A DNA stretch of 64,000 nt, taken from a bacterium (GTDB lineage: Bacteria; JAHJDO01). Location of the stretch: assembly GCA_043824255.1 (NCBI GenBank), contig JBDRTG010000047.1:1-64000 (forward strand). The letters run 5' to 3'. Below the pieces are notes generated by a model. It had not been told where the DNA came from, did not search any database, and was given only the letters and a program-made list of their open reading frames with translations. This document shows, one piece after another, positions 50,082 to 60,876 of this stretch (the stretch's first letter is position 1; each line of letters opens with the position of its first letter). A program made the position numbers and the translations under genes.

Positions 50082-51320
50082 TTAGTTCTTGGCATAATTT
50101 TGGTATTCTTTCAAAACATTGAGCACGTAATCTATATCATATTTGGTATGGTCGGCTGAAATCTGAAATCTTATACATTCATCGCCTCTTGGAACTACAG
50201 GATATTTTAAGCCCACTACTAAGATTCCTTGTTCTTTGAAGTAGTTGACTAATTTCACCGTTTCCTGAGTATCCCGAACCATCAGCGCTACAATGGGATG
50301 TTCCCCTTTTATAGTCTCATATCCTAAATTCATTAGTCCTTCTCTAAAATATTTCGTCATTTCCTTAAGATATGAGAGCATCTTTTTCCCTCTTTCGCCG
50401 TCTAAAATTTCCAGTGCTTTTATAGCAGCGCTTGCTTCTGAAGGAGTAACAGGATTGGAGTATATATACAAAGGAGAGGTTTCTCTTAAATATTCCACTA
50501 TCTTTGCCTCGGTTACCACATAACCGCCGTTTACGCCCAAAGCCTTGCCAAGAGTAGCGACTATTATATCCACCCCATCTTCATCTGTAACCTCACACGT
50601 TCCCCTTCCTGTTTTGCCATAAGCTCCTACTCCATGGGAATCATCCATTATAGTAATTATACCCTCCTTAAATTCCGAATGATATCTTCCGGCTAAATTC
50701 ACCAATTCTTTCAGGTCGGGATAATCTCCCCTCATGCTGAATATCCCGTCAGTAACTATTATGATACGTTGGCACTCTCCTATGACCTCTTTTATCTTGG
50801 CCTCCAGGTCGTTCATATTCAAATGAGCATATATTTTTTTGTCTTTTGGTCTAGAAAGTCTGATAGCACTAATTATGGAGTTATGATTCAGCTCATCACT
50901 TAAAATTATAGTCTCTTTGGAAATTAGAGGTGAAATAACACCGCAAACAGTAGCGTATGCTGAACTGAATATCATACAGGCTTCTTTTCGGTGGAATCTG
51001 GCCAATTTTTTTTCCAAGTCTATATGAGGCTTAAAAGTCCCATGAATAAAACGCACGGCGCCAGGACCCACCCCAAATCTCTCTGCCGCTTCTCTCTCCG
51101 CCTCTATTACCTCTTTATTCAGGGACATCCCTAAATAAGAGTTGGAGTTCATCTTAATAAACTCTCTATCTCCCTCGTCTTGCAGAAAGTATCTGGGGCC
51201 CTTATCTCCCACAGATTTTCCTATTGACTCTATGACTAATTCCTGCCCTTTAATAGTTCCGTTGCTTCTGAGTTGCTCTAATCTTCCAGTCACCCATTCC
51301 TCTATTCTTTCTAAAGACAT
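50082..51320 (-). CDS. kbl: Glycine C-acetyltransferase (2-amino-3-ketobutyrate CoA ligase)
   Basis: Motifs SNSYLG, DELNH.SI, DGIFSM.G, DDSHGVG and TLGKALG; clustered with tdh. Confidence 0.85.
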   Translation of the reverse strand: MSLERIEEWVTGRLEQLRSNGTIKGQELVIESIGKSVGDKGPRYFLQDEGDREFIKMNSNSYLGMSLNKEVIEAEREAAERFGVGPGAVRFIHGTFKPHIDLEKKLARFHRKEACMIFSSAYATVCGVISPLISKETIILSDELNHNSIISAIRLSRPKDKKIYAHLNMNDLEAKIKEVIGECQRIIIVTDGIFSMRGDYPDLKELVNLAGRYHSEFKEGIITIMDDSHGVGAYGKTGRGTCEVTDEDGVDIIVATLGKALGVNGGYVVTEAKIVEYLRETSPLYIYSNPVTPSEASAAIKALEILDGERGKKMLSYLKEMTKYFREGLMNLGYETIKGEHPIVALMVRDTQETVKLVNYFKEQGILVVGLKYPVVPRGDECIRFQISADHTKYDIDYVLNVLKEYQNYAKN

Positions 51321-51534
51321 ATTCCTTTCCTCTTCGCTTTTTCTATAACTTTCCGGACAACAATTTTTTTGATTCGGTGATTCAAACTGAAAATAGACCT
51401 ATGTCCTCCTCATTCCCTAATATAATTTTCTTTAATGATATACCATTTAATTGGATTAGTCTAGGTTAGACGTACACACCAATTACTAGGGAACTTTTAC
51501 CCTAAATGTTTGTTTTACATATAATTTAAAATTC

Positions 51535-52836
51535 CTAAGCATTAAAATCAGGTTTTGACAAACCTTTAACAAGTTTTTCTGGATAAACTGACTTTCCTGT
51601 TTTTATTGATATATTGGCTGAAATTCCTGTAAGTATTGACCACGCCCCTTCAACAAAACTTGCAGCCCTTTTAAATTTATCCTTTGTCGGATTTGGACCA
51701 AATAGAGATTCAAGAAGAGGGTCGTCTCCCCCTCCATGACCACCTTTAGAAGTTCTGACTTTAACATTGTATGCAGGTTTAAAATGAGGTGATATCCTAA
51801 TATTAGTCTCCCCTTCAACAGTTTCTCCAGGTGTTGTTCCATCACCACTTATATATACTGTTTCTACGGCCCTATGTTCAAGTGATCCTTTAGTTCCGTT
51901 AAAACGAATAACATATCCCTCCCAAGGGCAAAATGAGTTTAAAGAATAAGACATCATCACTCCGTTATCATACTGAACAACTAAATTCATGGAATCTTCA
52001 ATGTTAATCTCTTCGCTGAATACACACCTATCCCTGAAATAGCCATCATATTTCTCATTATCCAGATAAACCCTTTTATGTAATCTCCTCTTTCTTAGAT
52101 CCAGATAAAACGGACATTTGCTACTTACCTTGCATCCAAAGCATCTTTCGCCATGTGCTTTAAGACCATACTGATTTGCTCTGTCAGGAATATAAAAATC
52201 CCTTTTACCAATAGCAAAAACTTTTACAGGGCAGGAAGATATCCACCAGTTTACAAGGTCAAAATGATGTGTTGCTTTGTGTACCATAAGCCCGCCACTA
52301 TCCTTTTTATCGCGATGCCATCTCCTGTAATAATCTGCTCCATGACGCGTGTTTAATAGCCAGTTGAAATTCACAGAAAGAATTTCTCCAATAACACCGC
52401 TTGAAATTAATTCTTTAACCTGCGTGCGAACAGGAGAATAACGATAATTAAATGTTACTCTTATTTTTCTCTTTGTTCTTTTGACAGCATCTATAATCTT
52501 CTGACATTTCTTCTCGTCTATTGTCATGGGTTTTTCCGTAATTACATCACATCCCAACTCCATAGCTCTGATAATATATTTATCATGAAAACAGTCTTTT
52601 GTTGTAACAATCACGATATCAGGATTAGTTTCTTTTATCATCTTATCAAATTTTTCTGCATGATAAATCTGCACCAGGCCATAATGTTTCCTTAGGTCAT
52701 TTCTTCTAAGCTCAAGTCTGCCTCTGTTAACATCGCAGAGCCCAACCAGCTGACAATTATTTTTATAAGTTTCTGTAATTGCCTTTGTGAATGTCTCCGA
52801 ACGTTGACCTAATCCTACTTGAACATATCTTCTCAT
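51535..52836 (-). CDS. Gfo/Idh/MocA oxidoreductase (YteT-like)
   Basis: Motifs EKPM, FNYRY, HGADY.RRWH, HKATHHFD and GHGGGD. Confidence 0.9.
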   Translation of the reverse strand: MRRYVQVGLGQRSETFTKAITETYKNNCQLVGLCDVNRGRLELRRNDLRKHYGLVQIYHAEKFDKMIKETNPDIVIVTTKDCFHDKYIIRAMELGCDVITEKPMTIDEKKCQKIIDAVKRTKRKIRVTFNYRYSPVRTQVKELISSGVIGEILSVNFNWLLNTRHGADYYRRWHRDKKDSGGLMVHKATHHFDLVNWWISSCPVKVFAIGKRDFYIPDRANQYGLKAHGERCFGCKVSSKCPFYLDLRKRRLHKRVYLDNEKYDGYFRDRCVFSEEINIEDSMNLVVQYDNGVMMSYSLNSFCPWEGYVIRFNGTKGSLEHRAVETVYISGDGTTPGETVEGETNIRISPHFKPAYNVKVRTSKGGHGGGDDPLLESLFGPNPTKDKFKRAASFVEGAWSILTGISANISIKTGKSVYPEKLVKGLSKPDFNA

Positions 52837-52859
52837 GTTTACTAACTCCTATTTGAAAA

Positions 52860-53990
52860 TTAATATACAAAGTTCCATTGTTTGTAATTACGTCCCAATC
52901 TATATTTCCAGTTCCAGATGTCCTGTTTAAGACTGTGTGCGTCTATTCTTGAGGATTCATTAAGATACTCGCTTTTAATGTCCACGAAATTATGATACCA
53001 CCCGTTTTTATAAATTCTTACTGCTAGATATCCGCATGGAAATTGAGAGATCTGCGGACAGTTTAATTGCATTATTGTATCAAGATAACACCTTGAAGCT
53101 ACATTTTTATGTCCCACATATATAGCTCTTATCTTATCTGAATATTTTTCTAATAAGGGTCTCAGTTCTTTGTGGTTTTTGATAATTTTATTTTCATCAA
53201 GAATATAAGAATCAGGAAAGAGCTGGTGATGAGACAGGATTAGGACTTTATCTTTTGCATTTTCTAATTCATTGCAAAGCCAGTTTTGTTGCTCTTTAGG
53301 CAAAGCCAGAGTACTTGTATCAAGCTTAATAAAGGAAATCCCTTGTTTCTTGATGCAGGTTGTTGCTTTTTTCCCGAAATATTTATTCCATAATTTTCTA
53401 TCTTTACAAAGATTATTTGCGGAGTAGATATGCGTTCCATCCAGTCTTTTACCTGTAATATATTTTGCATCATGGTCTCCTACCACCGGGTAATACGGCA
53501 TATTTAATTTATCCAGTATATCCTTTACTCCTTTGTACTCTTCCTCAAGCCCTTCATTCGTGAGATCGCCGGGACATACGACAAAATCAAATTTGTTTTT
53601 ATTAAGTTCATCTACAATCTCATTTAATATCAAAGGAATCTCAATAAAAAGCCTCCCTTTGCGATTTTCATTTTTTACTGAATAGTGAATATCAGCAAGT
53701 ATTGCAAATTTCTTAAGAATCTTGCCCTCAGATTTTGGGAGAGTCCTTACGGGTTTTTTACAAATAAAATTTTTATCTACATACAGTCCTAAAATATAAT
53801 CTCTACCAGGCTTAAGTCTCTTAATGATAAACCTGTGCAAATTATTATCCTCAATTCTTACATCCTTAAAGTTTTCTCCTTCCCCTTCGGCATAAAGAGT
53901 TGCTTTACAATATGTCTTCATTTTAACAGTAACATGAACTGAATTTTCTGTTACTGTCATTATGTTAAATCGTTCAATTATATTCTTCAT
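52860..53990 (-). CDS. Calcineurin-like metallophosphoesterase
   Basis: Motifs ADIH, GDLT, GDHD, SHH and GH. Confidence 0.85.
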   Translation of the reverse strand: MKNIIERFNIMTVTENSVHVTVKMKTYCKATLYAEGEGENFKDVRIEDNNLHRFIIKRLKPGRDYILGLYVDKNFICKKPVRTLPKSEGKILKKFAILADIHYSVKNENRKGRLFIEIPLILNEIVDELNKNKFDFVVCPGDLTNEGLEEEYKGVKDILDKLNMPYYPVVGDHDAKYITGKRLDGTHIYSANNLCKDRKLWNKYFGKKATTCIKKQGISFIKLDTSTLALPKEQQNWLCNELENAKDKVLILSHHQLFPDSYILDENKIIKNHKELRPLLEKYSDKIRAIYVGHKNVASRCYLDTIMQLNCPQISQFPCGYLAVRIYKNGWYHNFVDIKSEYLNESSRIDAHSLKQDIWNWKYRLGRNYKQWNFVY

Positions 53991-55021
53991 ATTATTTTAT
54001 ATATAGTTTTCTTCAGAACATTTTCTCTATTATCCCCTTTTCTAATATTCAAGACAAAACGTTTTTTAATTCTTTTTATTAATAATTCCAAACTGGCTAT
54101 GTGCTTTCTATAATAATTTTCATTCTTGACCAGTAGATCTAACGGTGCAGAATAATAGTCATACTCCCTGACTTCTCCAGCAAGACGGTTAAAGGTCAAA
54201 CACTTTTTCAGGCATTCTTCGACTGTTATTTGGACAAGTTCTGTTTTTCTGGCGAATTGGGGAATAAGAAGCGTATCAGGAGAAAAGCTGTAAATCATAT
54301 ATTTTTTATTTATTTTATACAATCTTCGTCCAAGATCAGTATCTATGTTAATATCATCCAAAACTCCCTGTTTCAACCCTATAAAGTCTATAGCTTTCTG
54401 GTCTATTCTTATGGATTCAAAGCATTGATATACGTTGTTGGAATCATACAGATATAGATTATCTGAGAGAAATTTAGTTTTTCCCCCATTCACAAGAGAA
54501 AGTATGATTGTTGATTTCCCAACTCCTTGTAATCCGGAAAATACTATACCTGTACTTCCCACTCTTACTCCTCCACCATGCAATAAGAACATACATTTTA
54601 CTTGAGACAGATACCAAAATAACGGGAAAAATATGATATAGAAAAATAGTTTTCTGATAATATTTTCTTCTGTTAGCAATTTGGGTTTTAAGGAATTGTC
54701 AAAATACATCTTTAAATATAACTTCTTATTTTTATAATTGCACTGCATTGAGGTTCCCGAAAAGAGAATTAGCCTGGTAACTACCATATCATCACCACTA
54801 ATAAATATACGCCGTCCTACTGTGTCATAATTTTTAATAAGCCCGAAAATAAACTCCTCCCTTTTATTCATAAATACGACTTCAATATCAATATCACTCT
54901 TCTTTTGAACTGATATAAAATACGAAAAAAAAGATTGTATAGTTTTATTAATGATTTTCTCCTTGCAGGATACACCAAGTGTAACACCATGCATTTTTAT
55001 AACAATTTTCTCTGTCTTCAT
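53987..55021 (-). CDS. HprK-related P-loop protein
   Basis: LLHGGGV followed by Walker A G..GVGKST and LSDN. Confidence 0.65.
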   Translation of the reverse strand: MKTEKIVIKMHGVTLGVSCKEKIINKTIQSFFSYFISVQKKSDIDIEVVFMNKREEFIFGLIKNYDTVGRRIFISGDDMVVTRLILFSGTSMQCNYKNKKLYLKMYFDNSLKPKLLTEENIIRKLFFYIIFFPLFWYLSQVKCMFLLHGGGVRVGSTGIVFSGLQGVGKSTIILSLVNGGKTKFLSDNLYLYDSNNVYQCFESIRIDQKAIDFIGLKQGVLDDINIDTDLGRRLYKINKKYMIYSFSPDTLLIPQFARKTELVQITVEECLKKCLTFNRLAGEVREYDYYSAPLDLLVKNENYYRKHIASLELLIKRIKKRFVLNIRKGDNRENVLKKTIYKII

Positions 55022-55800
55022 TTTGAGGACCCTTCCTTTATTAAATTTTCCATATCCTTTCTTAATTCTCTTAGATATGGCACATTAACCACACTATCAG
55101 GATAGACTTCAAGATTAAACGGACCTTTGTAATCCACTTCTTTAAGAGCTCTTATAATTGCCTTAAAGTCTATTATCCCTTTACCGGGACGAAGATGCTC
55201 CTCTGTTATACCGTGATTATCAGAAACATGAATTGTAGCAAGGTGTTCTCTTGTTTTTCTAATCACTTCAGTTAAGTCCTCATTAACATTTGAATGATTT
55301 ATATCCACACATATCTTGAATGAATTATCCCTAAAGCTTTCTACGAATTCCACAATTTTATCAGATGAGGAATATGTTTCTCCCTTACCTGGATGATGTG
55401 GCATTGTCTCCATGGCAAGAATTAAATTCATTTTTTTTGCTGCATCAAGTAATTTGGATATTGAGTCTTTCCATATCTCCTCTGATTGATGATCAAATCT
55501 TAACAGATAATGAATAACATATGGACATGGAGCAAAATGAGAAGCTTCCTTCATTCTTATTATTTCCTTACTAATTTCTCTGTCTCTTTCTGGTTTTTTA
55601 TTTGAAAGAAGTTTGTATCCTGATATTCCATGCACGGACCATACTTTTATACCTCGTTTATCGATTAAAGAATACGCTTGCGAAATATCAAGATGTTCTC
55701 TCGATATTTCTACCGTATTAAATCCCGATTCTTTTAGGAGAGAAAGACATTCTTCAAGTTTCATCTTTGCGCATATCACTGTGCTAATGGATAGTTTCAT
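55018..55800 (-). CDS. Sugar phosphate isomerase/epimerase (AP endonuclease 2-type TIM barrel)
   Basis: Motifs AMET, D.NH, H.SDN.G..EEH..PG.G.IDF and LEV. Confidence 0.88.
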   Translation of the reverse strand: MKLSISTVICAKMKLEECLSLLKESGFNTVEISREHLDISQAYSLIDKRGIKVWSVHGISGYKLLSNKKPERDREISKEIIRMKEASHFAPCPYVIHYLLRFDHQSEEIWKDSISKLLDAAKKMNLILAMETMPHHPGKGETYSSSDKIVEFVESFRDNSFKICVDINHSNVNEDLTEVIRKTREHLATIHVSDNHGITEEHLRPGKGIIDFKAIIRALKEVDYKGPFNLEVYPDSVVNVPYLRELRKDMENLIKEGSSK

Positions 55801-55811
55801 GAATTATTCCC

Positions 55812-57011
55812 CTACAACAGGTGTGGACATTTCGGAACCTCAGCCGGAACTCCCTCTTTAATTGATTTTTCTGCGCAAATTGCTATGGCTGCACTGTCTC
55901 TCCCTGCCTTTATATCAGTTGAGCTTTTCTTTCCGGAAGATATAGCCTTAAAGATATTTTCAAACATCCTTTTATCTCCACCACCATGGGAGCCTTCTGT
56001 TACCTTTGGCCTGTATACTTCCACTTTTTCACTGAAGCGTCTCTGCAAAGTGATTTTGAATCCGTACCTGCTGTACAATCCGTACATTTTCCCCTCTGTT
56101 CCTATAAAAGTAAATTCGCGGATATAATCCGGGGTAAAATGGCATTCTGTGTATACTGCCTTGGCACCGTTTTCGTATTCAATCGTAACAAGTGAATGAT
56201 CATCCATATCTATATCTTTACCATATACACAAAAATCATCAACAGAAACTGCTTCACCAAAATCGTAAGCAAATTTATCACGAGAGATAAAATATTTACA
56301 GGTGCTTTTTTTATCGCACTTGTGACACATCAAACCAGCTGGTTCCTTTTGCCCAAACACTTTCAATCCACCAACAGCATAAATCCTTTTTGGATCAGAG
56401 CCTATCATCCAGTTAATCAGATCTATTGAATGGGTTCCTTTCTGCAGAAGGAGACTTATGCCCTCCTCTTTTTCCCGAAAATAGTTATGAAAGAAAAATT
56501 GCCCTCCGACAGAGACGGAATCCATTGCCTGACACATGACAACCTCTCCAATCTCGCCACCGTCAATAATGGATTTCATCTTCTGGAATAGTGCGCAAAA
56601 TCGCAGTTCAAATCCAATGAAGAATATTGTCTCTGCTTTTTTCCATGAACGAATAATATCATCACAGTCTTCTATGGTTTGTGCCATCGGCTTTTCCAGA
56701 AAGATATTGCATCCTGCTTCAAGTGTCTTTACTGCAAGTTCATGGTGGGCAAAGTCAGAGGCGATAATACATACAAGGTCAGGATTCTCTTTCTGCAATA
56801 ACTCGTCTATGTTATTGTATAAAGAAACTTTTTTCCCTAATACATGGTCTTTTCTCATAATATCCAGATTTTTCTCTTCTATATCACAAACTGCTATAAG
56901 TTCTGAATGTGGATTATTATGAAAAGTTTTTGCAAAATACAATCCTCTACTACCTAATCCAACTACTGCTACAGTAATTTCTTCATTTTGTGTTTCAGAC
57001 ATTTTTCGCAC
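55812..57011 (-). CDS. Gfo/Idh/MocA oxidoreductase
   Basis: Motifs VGLGSRG, LEKPM, K.TH.ID and HGGGD. Confidence 0.9.
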   Translation of the reverse strand: MRKMSETQNEEITVAVVGLGSRGLYFAKTFHNNPHSELIAVCDIEEKNLDIMRKDHVLGKKVSLYNNIDELLQKENPDLVCIIASDFAHHELAVKTLEAGCNIFLEKPMAQTIEDCDDIIRSWKKAETIFFIGFELRFCALFQKMKSIIDGGEIGEVVMCQAMDSVSVGGQFFFHNYFREKEEGISLLLQKGTHSIDLINWMIGSDPKRIYAVGGLKVFGQKEPAGLMCHKCDKKSTCKYFISRDKFAYDFGEAVSVDDFCVYGKDIDMDDHSLVTIEYENGAKAVYTECHFTPDYIREFTFIGTEGKMYGLYSRYGFKITLQRRFSEKVEVYRPKVTEGSHGGGDKRMFENIFKAISSGKKSSTDIKAGRDSAAIAICAEKSIKEGVPAEVPKCPHLL

Positions 57012-57016
57012 CTTTA

Positions 57017-60000
57017 TTATTTAGTTTGCCCGAGTCGTTCCACAATTAGAGGACATTTCGGATCCATTGTGAAGAAACCCGAGAGCTCCGGGCCTTGTTT
57101 GATGAGAGCATCATCGAAGTAGCCTTCCTTTGCAGGGCCTACGACTACCTTCCAGAAACCGTGTTTGCCCTTGGCGTTAAAGGCCCGTTCATCGACCGAG
57201 CCTCTAAGCGTGTCCATTTCGGCGACGAGACACCCACTCGGGTCGTAGACTTTCGCGGCTGCGGTCTCTCCTGGTGATGCACTCCTTAGTGTCAAATGGA
57301 ATTGTTTCACGCTCTGAGGAACATAAAAGTAGGCGGGTGCTGCCTTGGCGAGGAAATGTAATCCATCCTTCTCCTGTTCAAGAACATAAGCCGCGCCTTT
57401 AACACAAAGACGATAGAAAGGCTGACCGAAGGCGGTTGCAAGAAGGAATACGTGGTGGATTTCCTCAGCCGCGCTTGGAAACTCGATTGATGTGAAACGG
57501 CCAATCAATCCTTTCTTGATGATTTCGCCCTTCGTATTCACTACCCGGTAGCGAAACATATTGCCCCTTGTGCGAACATTAGACAGTTCGACGGCGACGT
57601 TGGACTTCTTGGGAGCATAGACCACGAGGTGCATATTTCTCCGCAATTGAAAATCAGACAATGCTTCAGCATTATGAATTGTACTAGCGTCTATCGCGGT
57701 AACTTTAACAGCCTGAGGGATTAGAGAGACAAATGTAGCTTTTGCGTCCTTCCGTGGTTGCTGTAGCGCAAACGAGTCCTGATTGGCATCTATGAACTCT
57801 TCTATCTCCGCATCTGTACGGTAGAACGTCGAAGCCTTGTCATCCTTCAGATATTGTCCCGTCCTCAAATTCCAGTGGAGCATAATAAGATTGTCACCCA
57901 GCATTTGCAGCCTCTTCCTAGCCTTCTCGTCCTGAATCTTCTTTTCCGCAGAAAGATATAACAACTCGATATTTGGGAAAAGAGGTGCGTAAACGAGCTT
58001 ATAATGATTGTCAGTAAGATAGTAACTACTATCGCCGAGTTTTTCCATGGCATCATCAATGAGGCGATAGATTTTGCTGATGTCCCGCCCGCCGGAACCA
58101 TAGGCGCAATCGAAAAACTCGTTAAAGGTCGCGTCAATGTCCAGATCGGCATTCCAGTTGAGTTTTGCCAGCAAATAGTTAGTGGGCGCCGCGTGTCCCC
58201 ATGCTCCACTGCCGTAGATGTGCGCTATCTTAACTCCGCGCTTCTTGAGGTTCGGATACACGAACTTGAGAAGCTTTACCCCCACCGGGTTCGGTGCTCC
58301 GGCGTTCTGCTCGAATGCCATCAGGTCGTAGTAACCGAGATTCGCAGCGATCTTTGCCCACCCATCTATGGCTTGCAGCCACCATTTTCTCATTTCGGGG
58401 TTATAGAGCTTGTAGCCGTAACCGAGGGCATTGACTGCAAACACGATTACAACATTCGGCGGCAGGCGCATATTGTCAATCTCCTTTGAGGGGAAGATGA
58501 AGTCGTTATAAACGTAGCCGCACAATATCTTGTTAGGGAACTCTTTTCGCACACTGTTGCCCACGTGACTGTATAACTGGAGCACGCGTTTGACCACGCT
58601 GCGGTTTCCCATGGGATCTGTCTCGTCAAGAGCGCAGGCCTCCGGGCTCTCGTCCCAGCCGCCGCCGTCTGATGGTGAGATCGAGTGACAATACACTTCG
58701 GGATGTGCCTGAAAGTAGTTTTTGATCACGTCGGCGAAGGCCTCGCGCGCCTGAATATGCGTTGTTCGAAACTTTGATTGCGGTCCGGGAGGCAGGCGCT
58801 TGCCGCCGGACATGACCCACCATTCAGGATGTTTCTTGATATCCATTTGCTTGAGTATTCCGTTCCAGGAGTGACCGAACGAGTAGCCGACGCTTGAACC
58901 AAGCTTCTGCCGCAAACACCAGCGGGCGAGCACGTTGCTGCTGCGTGACAAGCCGAGAATCTTTCTGTATTCGAAATCGGGAGCATCCTGAATTGACACA
59001 CTGTTGAGAACGAGTTTTGTCAGCTTTGGCACATACTCGCCATCCGGACCGGGGAGTAACCAGCGAACGCCAACAAATTTCTCCAGGAAGGTATAAGTGC
59101 CATTCAAAGTTCCTCGGCTGAAGCCATCCCGAGCGTTCTTCTTTCCGTCCGGGGTGTCCTGTCCGAGGATGAACAGATTGCCATAACGAGTTTCGATGCG
59201 ATAGCCTTCCTGAGGCACGTTGTTTGTGGTCAGCCCCAGACGGCGTGCAGTTGGATTATCTCCAAGCGATATCATACAATCCGTGGGCGCGAGCGCGATT
59301 TTCAGCTCTGCACCGGTCGCCCTGCGGATATATTCCTGCAACTCTTGTGCTGCGAGTCGAACCGAATCCGGCGCATCAATACTGCGGTAAATGACGAAGT
59401 CGCTCTTTCCGTTTTGCACGATTTCGGCGGACATCTGTTCATCGTTGACAAGTATCCTTTCTACAACAGCATCGAGCTCATCTTCTGAAAGAATCTCAAC
59501 AGACTCTGAAAGAATCTCAACAAATTCGATTTGATCAAGACAGATAGAAAGTTCTTTTGCACTAGTTTGGCTCTTAACAGAGGGAAGGTAGAACACTAGC
59601 TTTGTCACCTGATCACGCGGCATCTCGGATATATCTATCCTGACGTGAGTCCACTCATTGTCGCTAAAACCGAAACCTGGCCAAGATCCATACTTGCGCC
59701 TATTGAAGAGACGAAAACCACCTCTCTCCTGTAATCCGTGTGCCCCTTTGATCCAAAAACGCACTTCTGCGTATTTGGTGAGGTCAGTTGAGGGCATGCT
59801 GATCTCAAGACGTGAAGACGCATTCGTACGTCCACTGTCTGCTTTCCACAGTAGTCCGAATTTGCCGTTATGCGCTGCTCGTTCCGAGATGCTGATCGTC
59901 TGACCATAGATGCTTTTCAAACCCGCTGCAGACCCGTCCTCGAAATCCCTAATGACAAGTCTGGCCCCTATAGAGGCCTCTTGAGCCGTAACAATACTTA

Positions 60001-60109
60001 CGGATAAAGCTACCGTTATCAGAAAGACAAATCCCGTAAAACCCATCCACTTTGCCTTCGAGTAATTTACTTTCGTGTACTTTGTCATTACTGTATCCTC
60101 CTTTTTCAT
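57017..60109 (-). CDS. Large exported DUF4838-like protein with an N-terminal carbohydrate-binding-like domain
   Basis: Signal/TM segment; motifs AA.EL..Y....TG, GT.NG.Y.FLE...GVRWL.P and PDF.YR; visibly higher GC than the flanks. Confidence 0.75.
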   Translation of the reverse strand: MKKEDTVMTKYTKVNYSKAKWMGFTGFVFLITVALSVSIVTAQEASIGARLVIRDFEDGSAAGLKSIYGQTISISERAAHNGKFGLLWKADSGRTNASSRLEISMPSTDLTKYAEVRFWIKGAHGLQERGGFRLFNRRKYGSWPGFGFSDNEWTHVRIDISEMPRDQVTKLVFYLPSVKSQTSAKELSICLDQIEFVEILSESVEILSEDELDAVVERILVNDEQMSAEIVQNGKSDFVIYRSIDAPDSVRLAAQELQEYIRRATGAELKIALAPTDCMISLGDNPTARRLGLTTNNVPQEGYRIETRYGNLFILGQDTPDGKKNARDGFSRGTLNGTYTFLEKFVGVRWLLPGPDGEYVPKLTKLVLNSVSIQDAPDFEYRKILGLSRSSNVLARWCLRQKLGSSVGYSFGHSWNGILKQMDIKKHPEWWVMSGGKRLPPGPQSKFRTTHIQAREAFADVIKNYFQAHPEVYCHSISPSDGGGWDESPEACALDETDPMGNRSVVKRVLQLYSHVGNSVRKEFPNKILCGYVYNDFIFPSKEIDNMRLPPNVVIVFAVNALGYGYKLYNPEMRKWWLQAIDGWAKIAANLGYYDLMAFEQNAGAPNPVGVKLLKFVYPNLKKRGVKIAHIYGSGAWGHAAPTNYLLAKLNWNADLDIDATFNEFFDCAYGSGGRDISKIYRLIDDAMEKLGDSSYYLTDNHYKLVYAPLFPNIELLYLSAEKKIQDEKARKRLQMLGDNLIMLHWNLRTGQYLKDDKASTFYRTDAEIEEFIDANQDSFALQQPRKDAKATFVSLIPQAVKVTAIDASTIHNAEALSDFQLRRNMHLVVYAPKKSNVAVELSNVRTRGNMFRYRVVNTKGEIIKKGLIGRFTSIEFPSAAEEIHHVFLLATAFGQPFYRLCVKGAAYVLEQEKDGLHFLAKAAPAYFYVPQSVKQFHLTLRSASPGETAAAKVYDPSGCLVAEMDTLRGSVDERAFNAKGKHGFWKVVVGPAKEGYFDDALIKQGPELSGFFTMDPKCPLIVERLGQTK

Positions 60110-60129
60110 ACATAATTTTAGTTTTTGTC

Positions 60130-60876
60130 CTACCTGGCTGAAGTAAATTCTTCCCAGGAGGATTTGCTGCCGGCATCATTACTGCCATAATCAACAATTT
60201 TCGCTACATCTTTACTATAGAAAGCTACTCCTCCATCAGCATAGAGAACATTCCAACCAGTCTCATGAACGTTACGATAAGAAGAGTTCTGACCAAAGAC
60301 ATCAGCAGCTATCGCCCAGTCAGGATGTTTTGAAAGTCTTATTGAACCGCCATTACCATCCTCCGCATCTCTAAACATATAAGAAATGTGAATGCTACTA
60401 GTAGGAATACCAGAAGCTCCAGCTGCCACCCAGTCTTCCATTAGATCAGCACGTTTTTCAAGGTAGTAAGAATTAGACGGACAGTAAAATACTAATCCAT
60501 TCGTAAGATATCCCTCGCTAAGAAGATGTCCTACGCTCCTGACATAGCCATTGCCCCATCTTACAATTTCGTCCTGACTAAAGCAATACCAGCCTGTACC
60601 ATAATGGTAACCATGTGCGGATGATGAAGAAACTGGAGCACTTGGTGGACCATAATCATTATAGTCATTTGCATACATGTGGTAGGCAATACCTATCTGA
60701 CGTAAATTGCTTATACACTTCACCCTCCTTGCCATTTCTCTTGCTCCAGTAAGCGCAGGCAGCATCATTGATGCAAGCAGAGCTATGATGGCTATTACGA
60801 CCAAAAGCTCAATAAGTGTGAACGCCAACGACGCCTTAAATGTCTTTCGAATTTTAGTTAGTCGAGTAGAGCTCAT
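60130..60876 (-). CDS. Prepilin-type N-terminal cleavage/methylation (DUF1559-like) protein; spliced form join(61515..61518,60130..60860)
   Basis: [29 protein letters not shown]....C.SNLRQIG and the C-terminal H..G.NVLY.DG. The unspliced start lies inside intron domain VI. Confidence 0.92.
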   Translation of the reverse strand: MSSTRLTKIRKTFKASLAFTLIELLVVIAIIALLASMMLPALTGAREMARRVKCISNLRQIGIAYHMYANDYNDYGPPSAPVSSSSAHGYHYGTGWYCFSQDEIVRWGNGYVRSVGHLLSEGYLTNGLVFYCPSNSYYLEKRADLMEDWVAAGASGIPTSSIHISYMFRDAEDGNGGSIRLSKHPDWAIAADVFGQNSSYRNVHETGWNVLYADGGVAFYSKDVAKIVDYGSNDAGSKSSWEEFTSAR

